DNA of 64,000 nucleotides from a bacterium. Its GTDB lineage: Bacteria > SAR324 > XYD2-FULL-50-16. The notes below the pieces were generated by a model. That model saw only the letters and a program-made list of their open reading frames with translations, did not search any database and was not told where the DNA came from. The stretch lies in assembly GCA_032250835.1 (NCBI GenBank), contig JAVVEA010000007.1:1-64000 (forward strand). The letters run 5' to 3'. Both the position numbers and the translations under genes were made by a program. Of this stretch, positions 47,540 to 57,879 are shown one piece after another (the first letter of the stretch is position 1; each line of letters opens with the position of its first letter).

Positions 47540-47568
47540 ATTGTACCGAAAGACGCCTCTTTTTACAA
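47540..47568 (-). promoter_or_regulatory. sigma70-type promoter of the che operon
   Basis: Minus strand TTGTAA-17 bp-TACAAT, 37 bp upstream of the cheW start. Confidence 0.6.
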
Positions 47569-47680
47569 AGGGATTTCGCCATATAGACATTTGGTGTCTT
47601 TGCAATTCAAGCTATACCCGCTAAAGATAAGCATTTGAAGCTTTTTTTGGCCTCTCTTCAATTTAAGACCTCTTTTAGCG

Positions 47681-48343
47681 ATGCCCCTGCCCAACCCTTT
47701 TGCGGATCATTGCGTACTGGCTCAAATCCCGATTGAGTCGAGTATCGTACCGCTCCACTCTACCGAACAGGCGCTTTGCGCGTCCTTTGGGTCCGCCAAA
47801 CGGAAGGCCGAATTTTCCACCGGGCGTCGCGCGGCGGCTCGGGCGATGGGCCTAGCTGGATACCCTATTCTGCCCGTTGGGCGGGGCTCCAGAGGAGAGC
47901 CCCTTTGGCCCTTAGGCCTAGTCGCGAGCCTTGCGCACGACCGCCGCACTGCGGCCTGTTTGATGGCCCGCCGTCACTCGGGACTACGGGCCATAGGGCT
48001 GGATATAGAACCCTTAGACCGCAGGCCTAGCCTTAAGGCGCTCCAATCGGTCTGCTCTGCGCAGGAGTTAAAAAACCTGCAAGAGCCCCAATCATTGCAA
48101 GCGGCCTTTTGCGCCAAAGAGGCTATTTTCAAGGCAATCTACCCCTTAAACCAAGTCGCCTTGGGCTTCTTCGACGCGAAGGTTCAGATACTACAAGACG
48201 GAAGATTCTTGGCGGAACTGGCTTTGAATCCCTGGCCAGACCAACCCGGCTTCCCCTTAAAGCTGCAAGGCAAATGGGGGCAATCGGCCGAACATCTCTG
48301 GGCGGCTTTAGCGCTACGTAATGATTTGACTTGGATAGAATAA
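47681..48343 (+). CDS. 4'-phosphopantetheinyl transferase (EntD/Sfp type)
   Basis: KRKAEF..GR, GEPLWP.G...S.AH, IGLDIE, FCAKEAIFKA. Confidence 0.88.
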   Translation: MPLPNPFADHCVLAQIPIESSIVPLHSTEQALCASFGSAKRKAEFSTGRRAAARAMGLAGYPILPVGRGSRGEPLWPLGLVASLAHDRRTAACLMARRHSGLRAIGLDIEPLDRRPSLKALQSVCSAQELKNLQEPQSLQAAFCAKEAIFKAIYPLNQVALGFFDAKVQILQDGRFLAELALNPWPDQPGFPLKLQGKWGQSAEHLWAALALRNDLTWIE

Positions 48344-48447
48344 CCTCCGAAGGAGGTCAGGACCCCTGAACGGGGCCATTAAGCCAGGCCAAAGGGCCCG
48401 GCTCAAAGGCATGACTCGCCCGAGGGCAAGCCGATTTCAGCTAAAGC

Positions 48448-48753
48448 TTACTGCTTAGACAAGAAATCTGCGACTTCTTCCATCTGCTCGTGGCTCAGGC
48501 TTTTAACAGCGGGGATCATTGCAGCCAGCATGGGGCTGTTTTTGCGCTTGCCAGAAGCGATGTCTTCCATCTGCTTCACCAAGTACTTGGGGTGCTGGCC
48601 ATTCAAGTTGGGGTACATCTGGTTGCTAGATTTGCCGTTGGGGCCGTGGCAAGCAACACACTTAGAGTACAGAGCTGCACCATCAGCGAAAGCAACAGAT
48701 GCACCAGAGAACATAAGGGCTGCGCCCACGAGGATACCGAATACCTTTTTCAT
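48448..48753 (-). CDS. Class I monohaem cytochrome c (c553/c4-like)
   Basis: Signal peptide, CVACHG, YPNLNGQ..KYL..Q, distal Met. Confidence 0.9.
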   Translation of the reverse strand: MKKVFGILVGAALMFSGASVAFADGAALYSKCVACHGPNGKSSNQMYPNLNGQHPKYLVKQMEDIASGKRKNSPMLAAMIPAVKSLSHEQMEEVADFLSKQ

Positions 48754-48991
48754 GACGTCCTTTCGTATCAGAGTTTTTTTTGATGCCCTTCAGACAACAA
48801 GTTTTAGTTCGAAAGCATTACCGGAACCGGTGAGGGTTCTCTCTCGGCAATGACGTTGGACTACTCGATTAGAAGGGATTTGTAAAGGATTTGTTGGTTT
48901 TTTATAAACCTGTTCTATTCGTGCAGAACTCGGGTTCAACCCATAAAGGCAGGCAGCTCAGGTCACACAGGCCCTCAAAAAAACTCCACTT

Positions 48992-50755
48992 TTAGGGCCT
49001 GGGGAAGAGCAATCGGAAGCGACTTCCTCGGCCCCATTTACTCTCCACTTCCACTTGCCCCCGGTGCAGCTTGAGGATGTTTTTCACAATCGCCAACCCC
49101 AACCCGGTAGAACTATCCAGTCCGCTACGGGCTTTATCGACGCGGTAAAAACGTTCGAATATACGGGGCAAATCGGCTTCGGGGACGCCTTCGCCTCGAT
49201 CTGCGACCTCCACCACCTGCCAAGGTCCACGCTCGAAGCAGGTAATGGTGACCTGTGAACCTTCAGGACTGTATTTAATCGCGTTGTCAATCAGGTTGAC
49301 CAGCGCTTGCTCCGCCAATTGGTCGTTAACCAGCACCTCCACTTCAGGGCTCTCGGGCACCAACAGCTCCACTTGGCGGCTCTGGGCCTTTTGGGCACAA
49401 TAGCCCTTGGAAATGCGGATCAAGTCGCGCAGGTCCCGGCGTTCGGTGTGTAATTGCTCCTCAAAACCTTCTTGCTCAATCCGGGCAAGACTCAAGAGGT
49501 CTTCGACGATCATTTCCAGGCGGTTGGCGTGTTTGTAAACAATCCTCAAAAAGCGCTCGGCGTCGTCAGGGTCGTCCATGGCCCCGTCCAATAGGGTCTC
49601 TACGAACCCTTTAACACTGGTGATCGGGGTCTTTAGCTCATGACTCACGTTGGCCACAAACTCCTTACGCACATTTTCCAAGCGGAGCAGGTGGGTTAGG
49701 TCGTAAAAGGCCAGCAACACGCCCAAGTGCCGCCCCTGATTGTCCGATAGGCGGCTACCGGTGGCGCGGACCACCCGATCGGTCTGGAAAATTTCGATCT
49801 GGGCGGTGACCGTTTGATCGGTAGCCAGAGCTTCCTGGGCGAAGCGTTCCAACTCGGGATTACGCAAAATCTCCACCAGCTTCTTGCCCTTGGCTTCACG
49901 CAGGCTCAAAATCTCGATAGCCGCCGGATTGAGGTTAGTTACACGGCCCTCGGTGTCTAAAACCAACAACCCCTCCCCGATACCGGTAAAAATCGCCTCC
50001 TGTTCCAGCTTCTGCCGCCCGATGGTTTCAAAACGCTCTTGCAGCTGCCCAGCCATCAGGTTGAGTGCCGCCGAGAGGCGGGAAAACTCCAGGCTATCAA
50101 ACTGAGGCAGCCGGACGCTTAAGTCCCCCTGTGCAAAGTCCTGGGCCCGCTGCTGGATTTCCTCAAGTGGCCCAGCCACCTTCTTGACCACCAACAAACT
50201 AGCTAGCGCGGCCACTAGCCCCAAGCCCAAGGTCAAGCCAATCGCCCCGAAGCGAGTCCAACTCAACACTTTAGCGAAGCTTTCGATAGGAACCCCCAGC
50301 CGCACCACGCCAACCAGACGCGCATCTTCACGCAAAGGGCGTGCAACGTACAACATTTGGCGCTGCTCGGTATAACCAAAGCGGATCGCCTGTTCGGCGT
50401 GCCCCTGGATGGCGGCTTTAATTTCCGGCTGCTCGGCCAGGACTTCTGCGGTAGAAAGGTAACCCTGGCTATCCGAAAGGAACTCCCCTCGAGGCGAGAC
50501 CAGGGTGATCCGCACTTCACCGCGCGGGCCTAAGCGTTCGGCCAAACCGCCCAAGGCCACCCATTGACCGCCGTCGATCATGGCCACCAGCTCAGGCTCT
50601 AGAATACGGCCCCGCGCCAGCAATTCCTGGGCGCGGTACTCCAAAAAAAAGTCACCATACTGCCGGCTGACCAACGCGGTCAGCAGCAGCAAGGTAATCA
50701 ACAAAATCAAGAGTAGCCCCGGAAAGAGCTGCCAATGGAGCCGTTTGGGGTTCAT
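48992..50755 (-). CDS. PhoR-like sensor histidine kinase (HAMP-PAS-HisKA-HATPase)
   Basis: EFVANVSHELKTPITS.KG, NLIDNAIKYS, RIFERFYRVDKARS, TGLGLAIVK. Confidence 0.88.
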   Translation of the reverse strand: MNPKRLHWQLFPGLLLILLITLLLLTALVSRQYGDFFLEYRAQELLARGRILEPELVAMIDGGQWVALGGLAERLGPRGEVRITLVSPRGEFLSDSQGYLSTAEVLAEQPEIKAAIQGHAEQAIRFGYTEQRQMLYVARPLREDARLVGVVRLGVPIESFAKVLSWTRFGAIGLTLGLGLVAALASLLVVKKVAGPLEEIQQRAQDFAQGDLSVRLPQFDSLEFSRLSAALNLMAGQLQERFETIGRQKLEQEAIFTGIGEGLLVLDTEGRVTNLNPAAIEILSLREAKGKKLVEILRNPELERFAQEALATDQTVTAQIEIFQTDRVVRATGSRLSDNQGRHLGVLLAFYDLTHLLRLENVRKEFVANVSHELKTPITSVKGFVETLLDGAMDDPDDAERFLRIVYKHANRLEMIVEDLLSLARIEQEGFEEQLHTERRDLRDLIRISKGYCAQKAQSRQVELLVPESPEVEVLVNDQLAEQALVNLIDNAIKYSPEGSQVTITCFERGPWQVVEVADRGEGVPEADLPRIFERFYRVDKARSGLDSSTGLGLAIVKNILKLHRGQVEVESKWGRGSRFRLLFPRP

Positions 50756-50770
50756 AGGAGGCGGCTTCGC

Positions 50771-51823
50771 TTAACCGAAGAGTTCCTTAAGCTTCACATC
50801 AAAGGGAGGCGTGATCAGGCCCTTTTCGGTGATGATTCCATGGATCAATTTATTTTCGGTGGGGTCAAAGGCGGGGTTGCGGACCTTGATCCCCTCGGGC
50901 CCGGTGCGCTTGGCCCCAAAGAAAGTGACCTCTTCGGGCTCTCGCTCCTCGATCACTACATCTTTACCGGTAGCAGTGCTCAGATCGATAGTCGAATAGG
51001 GAGCGGCCACATAAAAGGGAATGTTGAAGTACTTGGCTAAAATCGCCACCGAGTAAGTGCCGATCTTATTGACGGCGTCACCGTTGGCGGCAATGCGGTC
51101 AGCCCCGACAATCACCAAGTCGATCAGCCCTTGGCTCATCAAGTACCCAGCCATGTTGTCACAGATCAGGGTCACGTCCAGCCCGGCGCGTTGCAATTCC
51201 CAGGCGGTCAAGCGGGCCCCTTGTAGCAGCGGGCGGGTCTCGTCGGCATAAACGCGGAATTTGCGGCCTTCGGAAAAGGCGGTATACATAGGAGCCAAGG
51301 CGGTACCCAGTTTACTGACCGCCAAATGGCCCGCGTTGCAATGGGTTAAAACGCCCATGCCTTCTTTGATCAAGGGGGCCCCGTTTTTGCCGATCTCCAC
51401 CGAGCAATCGATGTCTTCTTGGTGGAGCGCGATCGCTTCGGCTTCTAGTTGCTGGTACATAGCCTCGGGGCTCTGGCCCACCAGCGTCTTGGCCTTGGCG
51501 ACCATGCGCCGCAAAGCCCAACCCAGATTTACGGCCGTAGGGCGCGAGCTGTCTAAATAAGCGGCAACCTCTTCGATCTTTTCCATGAAAGCCGAAGCAT
51601 CTAGCCCTAAGTGTGGCTTAATCCCCACCAGCAGGCCGTACCCCCCGGCCACGCCCAGGGCTGGGGCCCCGCGGACTTTAAGCTTTTTGATGGAATCCCA
51701 AACCTGCTCGACCGACTCTTGGCGTTCGATCCGTTCTTCATTAGGCAGTAAAGTTTGTTCCAGGAAATAAAGTTGGCCTTCTTTCCATTCCACACTGAAG
51801 GGGAGGTTTAATTGAATTTCCAT
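50771..51823 (-). CDS. mtnA: S-methyl-5-thioribose-1-phosphate isomerase
   Basis: VRGAPA, RPTAVNL, LTHCNAG, DETRPLLQGARLTAWEL, GADRIAANGD..NKIGT, NPAFD. Confidence 0.93.
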   Translation of the reverse strand: MEIQLNLPFSVEWKEGQLYFLEQTLLPNEERIERQESVEQVWDSIKKLKVRGAPALGVAGGYGLLVGIKPHLGLDASAFMEKIEEVAAYLDSSRPTAVNLGWALRRMVAKAKTLVGQSPEAMYQQLEAEAIALHQEDIDCSVEIGKNGAPLIKEGMGVLTHCNAGHLAVSKLGTALAPMYTAFSEGRKFRVYADETRPLLQGARLTAWELQRAGLDVTLICDNMAGYLMSQGLIDLVIVGADRIAANGDAVNKIGTYSVAILAKYFNIPFYVAAPYSTIDLSTATGKDVVIEEREPEEVTFFGAKRTGPEGIKVRNPAFDPTENKLIHGIITEKGLITPPFDVKLKELFG

Positions 51824-51934
51824 TCGATTTTTTTTACTGATAGGGTGTGAAGTCAAGGTAGTTACTTTTACCTTTTGCTAGCATGCCCACCTCAATCCGC
51901 CAAGGGCCATTTGGGAGCCTTAGGGGTCAATGGA

Positions 51935-51963
51935 TTGACAGCCACAAGGAAACCTGATAGGGT
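51935..51963 (+). promoter_or_regulatory. sigma70 promoter of the hrcA heat-shock operon
   Basis: TTGACA-17 bp-TAGGGT with extended TG, immediately before CIRCE. Confidence 0.7.
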
Positions 51964-51964
51964 T

Positions 51965-51991
51965 TTAGCACTCATCAAGGAAGAGTGCTAA
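51965..51991 (+). promoter_or_regulatory. CIRCE element (HrcA operator)
   Basis: Perfect TTAGCACTC-N9-GAGTGCTAA. Confidence 0.97.
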
Positions 51992-52012
51992 TCACTTGGC
52001 CGGGAGGTCTCA

Positions 52013-53053
52013 TTGGACAGTAGGAATCAACGCATTCTCGACTGCATTATCGAGCAATATATAGACACCGCCGAACCGATCGGTTCGAGGGCGATTTCTA
52101 AGCAGCTCGACCTGTCCCTATCAGCGGCTACCATCCGCAACGTGATGGCTGATTTGACCGAAATGGGACTGCTCTGCCAGCCCCACACCTCTGCCGGACG
52201 CATCCCGACCGATTTGGCTTATCGCTATTATGTCCAAAAAACGGTAGCTCTTTTAGCCCAGCAACCGCAAAAAGTGGACCCTCAAGAAGCCAGTTATACC
52301 GATGAATTTGCCCGCCGCTACCAGCGGCTTGAGGACGTCTTACAAGACGCCGCCGACGAGCTAACGGCCAGCACCCATTGCACCGGCCTAGCCTTAGGCC
52401 CGCGCCCCTCGACCAGCAAGCTCAAACGAGTCGAGCTGATCGGCATCAGCCAGACCCAAGTCTTGGTGGTCCTAGTGACCCAAGCGGGGCTGGTCAAAAA
52501 CCGGATCATCAGCTTCCGCGAGTGCCCCAACCAAGAAGACCTAAACAAAATCGCCCAAATCCTGGTGGACCACTTTGTGGGCCTGGGGATCGGCGAAATT
52601 CAAGAAAGCCTGCTCGAAACTCTGGCCGCTGAGGCGCAAGAGCTTTCGGCCCATGCTATCCGCATCGGCAAAAAGGCCTTGGAACTCGACGCCACCGGTG
52701 AGGTCTTCATTTCAGGCAGCGCCAATCTCTGCCAATACCCTGAATTCAGTGATCATTTAAACCTGCAAAAGGTTTATCAGCGGATTGAAGACAAGGGCCA
52801 GCTTTACCAGATGATGGACGAACTGACCCAAACCGAAGGGTTGCACATCCAAATCGGCGACGAAAACCAAAAATTCGGCCTGCAAAGCTGCTCGGTCTTG
52901 GCTTCTACCTACGGAAGCCACGACAATCTCTTAGGCAGCATCGGCGTGATCGGGCCCACGCGCATCAATTACCCCCGGGTGATCCAGGCGATCAACCGAT
53001 CGAGCCGCAAGCTCAGTTGGGCCGTCGGCCACTTCCTGAGCCCCGATAGATAA
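52013..53053 (+). CDS. hrcA: Heat-inducible transcription repressor HrcA
   Basis: EPIGS, SAATIRNVMADL, PHTSAGRIPT, GVIGPTR; TTG start with SD GGAGG. Confidence 0.95.
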   Translation: MDSRNQRILDCIIEQYIDTAEPIGSRAISKQLDLSLSAATIRNVMADLTEMGLLCQPHTSAGRIPTDLAYRYYVQKTVALLAQQPQKVDPQEASYTDEFARRYQRLEDVLQDAADELTASTHCTGLALGPRPSTSKLKRVELIGISQTQVLVVLVTQAGLVKNRIISFRECPNQEDLNKIAQILVDHFVGLGIGEIQESLLETLAAEAQELSAHAIRIGKKALELDATGEVFISGSANLCQYPEFSDHLNLQKVYQRIEDKGQLYQMMDELTQTEGLHIQIGDENQKFGLQSCSVLASTYGSHDNLLGSIGVIGPTRINYPRVIQAINRSSRKLSWAVGHFLSPDR

Positions 53054-53070
53054 CCAATAGACCGATAATC

Positions 53071-53691
53071 ATGAGCGAAGAACCAAAAGAGCTAAATCCC
53101 GAAGAGGCGCAAGCTTCCGAGGAGCCTTTAGAAGAAATGCCCACCGACGCCGAAGCGGAAGCCCAGGCCGAGGCCGAGGCCCAATCGGACGCCGAAGCGC
53201 CTGAGGTCGAAGAAGTGATGGCCGAAGAAGCCGGGCCGGACTTAAACGCCCAGGTTGAAGAACTTCAAGACCAGCTCTTGCGTCAGGCCGCCGAATTTGA
53301 GAACTTCAAAAAACGCAGCCTTCAAGAAACCGCCAACCGGATCAAATTCGCCGCCACCAATCTGGTACGCGACCTACTGCCGGGACTGGACAACTTGGAG
53401 CGGGCCTTGGAACACGCCGAAAACAGCGGCGAAGAAAACCCGGAGTTGAAAAACTTCATCCAAGGCATCGAGATGGTGAAAAACCAATTCTTTGAGGCGC
53501 TACAAAAAAACCAGGTTGAGCGTTTTTACCCAAAAGGCGAGCCCTTTGACCCGAACCTGCATGAAGCAGTGGGCATGATCGCCAGCGAAGAGGTAGCCGC
53601 CGACCACGTGGCGATGGTGATGCAAGCAGGTTACAAACTACATGACCGCGTTTTGCGCGCGGCGATGGTGCAAGTAGCCGCCAAGAGCTAG
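53071..53691 (+). CDS. grpE: Nucleotide exchange factor GrpE
   Basis: AEFENFKKR, LDNLERAL, FDPNLHEA, GYKLHDRVLRAAMV. Confidence 0.95.
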   Translation: MSEEPKELNPEEAQASEEPLEEMPTDAEAEAQAEAEAQSDAEAPEVEEVMAEEAGPDLNAQVEELQDQLLRQAAEFENFKKRSLQETANRIKFAATNLVRDLLPGLDNLERALEHAENSGEENPELKNFIQGIEMVKNQFFEALQKNQVERFYPKGEPFDPNLHEAVGMIASEEVAADHVAMVMQAGYKLHDRVLRAAMVQVAAKS

Positions 53692-53752
53692 GGAACCCAA
53701 CCAAGAACTTAAGTTTCCACCAAACTATTATTATCTAAAGAAGGAGTAGAGC

Positions 53753-55690
53753 ATGGGTAAAATCATCGGTATTGACTTGGGCACCACCAACTCTTGTGTG
53801 GCCGTCATGGAAGGGGGCGACCCTAAGGTTATCACCAACTCCGAAGGGGCCAGAACCACCCCGTCGGTGGTGGCTTTCACCGACTCTGGCGACCGCCTAG
53901 CCGGCCAAGTTGCCCGCCGCCAAGCCATCACCAACCCGGACCGCACCATCTCGGCCGCCAAGCGTTTGATTGGCCGCCTCTTCGATTCGGACTCGGTCCA
54001 GCGCGACAAGAAAAACCTTTCTTACGAAGTCTCCAAAGGCGGCAACGGATTGGTTCAGATTGACGCAGGCGGTAAGTCCTACTCACCCGCCGAGATCAGT
54101 GCCTTTGTATTGCAGAAAATGAAGCAAACCGCCGAAGACTACCTAGGCGAGCCGGTAACCGAAGCGGTAATCACCGTTCCGGCCTACTTCAACGATGCCC
54201 AGCGCCAAGCGACTAAAGACGCCGGCAAGATTGCGGGCCTGGAGGTCAAGCGGATCATCAACGAGCCTACCGCAGCAGCCTTGGCTTATGGTTTGGACAA
54301 AAAAGAAGAAGAGCTGATCGCCGTATTTGACTTAGGCGGCGGTACCTTCGACGTCACCATCTTAGAGATCGGCGACGGCGTCTTTGAAGTCAAATCCACC
54401 AACGGCGATACCCACCTGGGCGGCGAGGACTTCGACCTACGCCTGATCGACTGGCTGGCTGAAGAATTTAAAAAAGAGCAGGGCATCGACCTGCGCAGCG
54501 ACAAGATGGCTTTGCAGCGCCTCAAAGAAGCCGCCGAGAAAGCCAAGCATGAGTTGTCCAGTTCCACGGAAACGGACATCAACCTGCCCTTCATCACTGC
54601 CGACGCAACGGGCCCTAAGCACCTCAACGTCAAGCTGAGCCGCTCGAAGCTAGAGCAATTGACTGACGACTTGATCCAACGCTGCTTAGAGCCCATGAAA
54701 GCGGCGCTTAAGGATGCGGGCGTGACGGTCGGCGACATTGCCGAAGTGATCTTAGTCGGCGGTATGACCCGCATGCCTAAGGTTTCTAAGGTCGTTGAAG
54801 ACTTCTTCGGTAAGCCCCCGCACAAGGGCGTCAACCCTGACGAAGTGGTGGCCATCGGTGCTGCGATCCAAGGTGGCGTCTTGGCTGGTGATGTAAAAGA
54901 CGTGTTGCTTTTGGATGTAACCCCTTTGAGCCTCGGCATCGAGACCTTAGGCGGCGTGACCACCAAACTGATCGAGCGCAACACCACCATCCCCACCAAG
55001 AAGAGCCAAATCTTCTCGACCGCCACGGACAACCAACCGGCGGTTAGCATCCACGTGGTTCAAGGCGAACGCGAGATGGCCCAGGACAACAAGACGCTGG
55101 GCCGTTTTGAATTGGTCGGCATCCCGCCGGCTCCGCGCGGCGTGCCCCAGATTGAAGTGACCTTCGACATCGACGCCAACGGCATCGCCCACGTTTCGGC
55201 TAAGGACTTAGGCACCGGTAAGGAACAGAAGATCCAAATCACCGCTTCGAGCGGTTTATCGGACTCGGAAATCGAAAAGATGGTCAGCGAGGCCGAACAA
55301 TACGCCGAGGCGGACAAACAACGCCGCGAGTCCATTGAAGCCAAAAACCAGCTCGACAGCTTGGTGTATCAGGCCGAAAAGACCTTATCGGAAAACGGCG
55401 ACAAGTTAGGTGAAGAAAAAGCGGCCATCGAAACGGCTCTGACCGAAGCCAAGGCTGCCTTGGAAACCGACGATGTAGAGCGCATCAAAGCCGCCAACGA
55501 TGCCCTGACCCAGGCCTTCCACAAAGCCAGCGAGACCCTTTACCGCACCCAGCAAGAAGCGGGCGGGCAAACTGACGGCGGTACGGAACAAGCAAGCGAA
55601 GGCAAGAGCGAAAAAAGTGAGTCCAAGAAGAAAGGTGACGACGACGACAACATCGTTGACGCTGACTTTGAGGAAATCAAGGAAGATTAA
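53753..55690 (+). CDS. dnaK: Chaperone DnaK (Hsp70)
   Basis: [33 protein letters not shown]. Confidence 0.98.
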   Translation: MGKIIGIDLGTTNSCVAVMEGGDPKVITNSEGARTTPSVVAFTDSGDRLAGQVARRQAITNPDRTISAAKRLIGRLFDSDSVQRDKKNLSYEVSKGGNGLVQIDAGGKSYSPAEISAFVLQKMKQTAEDYLGEPVTEAVITVPAYFNDAQRQATKDAGKIAGLEVKRIINEPTAAALAYGLDKKEEELIAVFDLGGGTFDVTILEIGDGVFEVKSTNGDTHLGGEDFDLRLIDWLAEEFKKEQGIDLRSDKMALQRLKEAAEKAKHELSSSTETDINLPFITADATGPKHLNVKLSRSKLEQLTDDLIQRCLEPMKAALKDAGVTVGDIAEVILVGGMTRMPKVSKVVEDFFGKPPHKGVNPDEVVAIGAAIQGGVLAGDVKDVLLLDVTPLSLGIETLGGVTTKLIERNTTIPTKKSQIFSTATDNQPAVSIHVVQGEREMAQDNKTLGRFELVGIPPAPRGVPQIEVTFDIDANGIAHVSAKDLGTGKEQKIQITASSGLSDSEIEKMVSEAEQYAEADKQRRESIEAKNQLDSLVYQAEKTLSENGDKLGEEKAAIETALTEAKAALETDDVERIKAANDALTQAFHKASETLYRTQQEAGGQTDGGTEQASEGKSEKSESKKKGDDDDNIVDADFEEIKED

Positions 55691-55734
55691 CCGAACCCAG
55701 CGGCCCCTCCGGGGGCCGAGTCCATTAGGTACCC

Positions 55735-56862
55735 GTGGCGAAACGCGATTATTACGAAATTCTTGGGGTCTCTAAAAGCGCCAGCAAGGATGAGATCAAA
55801 AAGGCCTACCGCAAGTTGGCCCATAAATACCACCCCGACAAAAGCCCTGGCGATCAGGCTTCGGAAGAAAAATTCAAGGAAGCTTCCGAGGCTTATGAAG
55901 TCTTAGGCGACCAAGAACGGCGCGCTCAATACGACCGTTTTGGCCATGCCGCACCCGGCATGGGCGGCGGTGGGGGCAATCCCTTTGAGGGCTCCGGTTT
56001 TGGCGACATCTTCGGTGACGTGTTCAGCGAGTTCTTTGGCGGTGGCGGCGGAGCTGGCGGCGGCAGAGGCCGTAGCACCAGCCGAGGTGAACGGGGCTCG
56101 GACTTAAGCTACAATATGGAGCTGACCTTCGAGCAGGCCGCCTTTGGTTATTCCACCGAATTGGTCATCCCTCGTCTTGACGAGTGTGGCCAGTGCGGCG
56201 GCAGCGGAGCCAAAAGTGCTAAAGACGTAGATGTTTGTTCGGTCTGTGGTGGCACGGGCACCCAGCGGATCCAGCAGGGCTTCTTTAGCGTAGCCACCAC
56301 CTGTTCGAACTGCCGCGGAACCGGAAAAATCGTGCGTAACCCTTGCCCCCACTGTCATGGTCGGGGTCGGGTCAACGTGCGCAAGAAATTAAAAGTCAGC
56401 ATCCCCGCCGGGGTGGACTCGGGAGCCCGAGTCAAGCTAACCGGTGAAGGAGAAGCGGGCCTCAACGGCGGACCCCGGGGCGATCTTTATTTGATCATCC
56501 GGGTGTTAGAGCACAGCATCTTCCAACGCGAAGGCTACGATGTGCATTGTGAAGTGCCCATCAGCATCACTCAAGCGGCTTTAGGCAGCGAGATCGAAGT
56601 GCCTACTTTAGATGGCCGGGCCCGCGTGACGGTCCAACCGGGCACCCAAAACCGGCAGGTCTTCCGGCTCCGTGCCAAGGGCATCCAGCGCCTACAAAGC
56701 ACCGCCCGCGGCGACCTGTATGTACATATCCTGGTGGAAATCCCCACCAACTTGAACCGCCGCCAGAAGGAACTTCTCGAAGAGTTTGGCGCGATCAGCG
56801 GCGAAGAAAGCACCCCCATGAAGAAGAGCTTCATGGAAAAGATCAAAAGCCTCTTGTCTTAA
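55735..56862 (+). CDS. dnaJ: Chaperone DnaJ
   Basis: HPD J-domain, G/F region, four CxxCxGxG repeats. Confidence 0.97.
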   Translation: MAKRDYYEILGVSKSASKDEIKKAYRKLAHKYHPDKSPGDQASEEKFKEASEAYEVLGDQERRAQYDRFGHAAPGMGGGGGNPFEGSGFGDIFGDVFSEFFGGGGGAGGGRGRSTSRGERGSDLSYNMELTFEQAAFGYSTELVIPRLDECGQCGGSGAKSAKDVDVCSVCGGTGTQRIQQGFFSVATTCSNCRGTGKIVRNPCPHCHGRGRVNVRKKLKVSIPAGVDSGARVKLTGEGEAGLNGGPRGDLYLIIRVLEHSIFQREGYDVHCEVPISITQAALGSEIEVPTLDGRARVTVQPGTQNRQVFRLRAKGIQRLQSTARGDLYVHILVEIPTNLNRRQKELLEEFGAISGEESTPMKKSFMEKIKSLLS

Positions 56863-56875
56863 CCTAAGGGGGGCC

Positions 56876-57772
56876 TTGGAGCCATTTGATAAGATTTTTT
56901 GTATCTTGAAGCGTTCTGAATTGGACCACCACCTGTCCGACCAGACCAAGGCGCTACGCATGGCCCGGCTCAGCAAGGCCAAACAAACGGCCATCAAAGA
57001 ATCTGCAGAAAACCAAAAGGCCTTCATCGAAAAACTGCGCCAGCTGGCCTTGGGTTTTGGGCTAGACATCCAGTTTTTTGGCGAAGACCAGATGGAAAGC
57101 CTGCATCCAGGGCCTAACGATTTAGTGATGACCTGCGGCGGCGACGGCACCTTTTTGGCCTGCGCCAAGCACTTCGACCAAGCCAGCCTTTTGGGCCTCA
57201 ACTCTGACTACAAACCCAAAGAGGGTTTAGGTAGCTACGGGGCCCTGACCTCAACCAACCGCCTCAACCTAGAAGAACGCCTCACCGACTTAGTCGAGGG
57301 GCGCTACCGGATCGACCGCTGGAACCGGTTGCAGGTAGAGGTCAACGGCGAGTTGATCCCCCGCTACGCCGTCAACGACATCTACTATGGCCAGCGCCTA
57401 GCCTACCGCACCTGTGACCTACACATCCAACAAGGCGTTTTGAGCGAGGACTTTAGCTGCTCGGGCCTGCTCTGTTGCACCGGCATGGGCAGCCACGCAT
57501 GGCACTATAACGCCGGGGGTAGCCCCTTTTCTAACGAGTTGGAGGCCTTCGGTTTCCGCGTCCTCTTCCCAAACCTCAAACGGCCTTTAAAATTTTCCAG
57601 CGGCATCATCGGCAAGCAGCACCGCCTGAACGTCACCCCGGAGCGGGATGATTACATCTTGAGTTTTGATAGCTCCTTAGAAGTGATCAACACCCAAATG
57701 GGTGATGATATTTTGATCTCGCTGGCCCAAGACAAGGCGCTACGTGTCGTCGCCTTTGCTGAGCCCATCTGA
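56876..57772 (+). CDS. NAD(H) kinase family protein
   Basis: GGDGTFL, GLNSD, VND, SGLLCCTGMGSHAW..NAGG. Confidence 0.8.
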   Translation: MEPFDKIFCILKRSELDHHLSDQTKALRMARLSKAKQTAIKESAENQKAFIEKLRQLALGFGLDIQFFGEDQMESLHPGPNDLVMTCGGDGTFLACAKHFDQASLLGLNSDYKPKEGLGSYGALTSTNRLNLEERLTDLVEGRYRIDRWNRLQVEVNGELIPRYAVNDIYYGQRLAYRTCDLHIQQGVLSEDFSCSGLLCCTGMGSHAWHYNAGGSPFSNELEAFGFRVLFPNLKRPLKFSSGIIGKQHRLNVTPERDDYILSFDSSLEVINTQMGDDILISLAQDKALRVVAFAEPI

Positions 57773-57879
57773 GAGCGCCGAAACATTTCGTCGCGCTCTC
57801 CCTTTGACCGATTCGCAGAACTTGGCTATGATCGGGCTTCTTTTGGTCCCTCGACTCCAACCCACCAGCGTGAATTAAG

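Noticed and set aside
54286-55050. 254-aa antisense ORF within dnaK
   Set aside because: Long antisense frames opposite dnaK are a known codon-bias artefact. The same applies to the many shadow ORFs opposite cheA, cheW, yidC and flgE.
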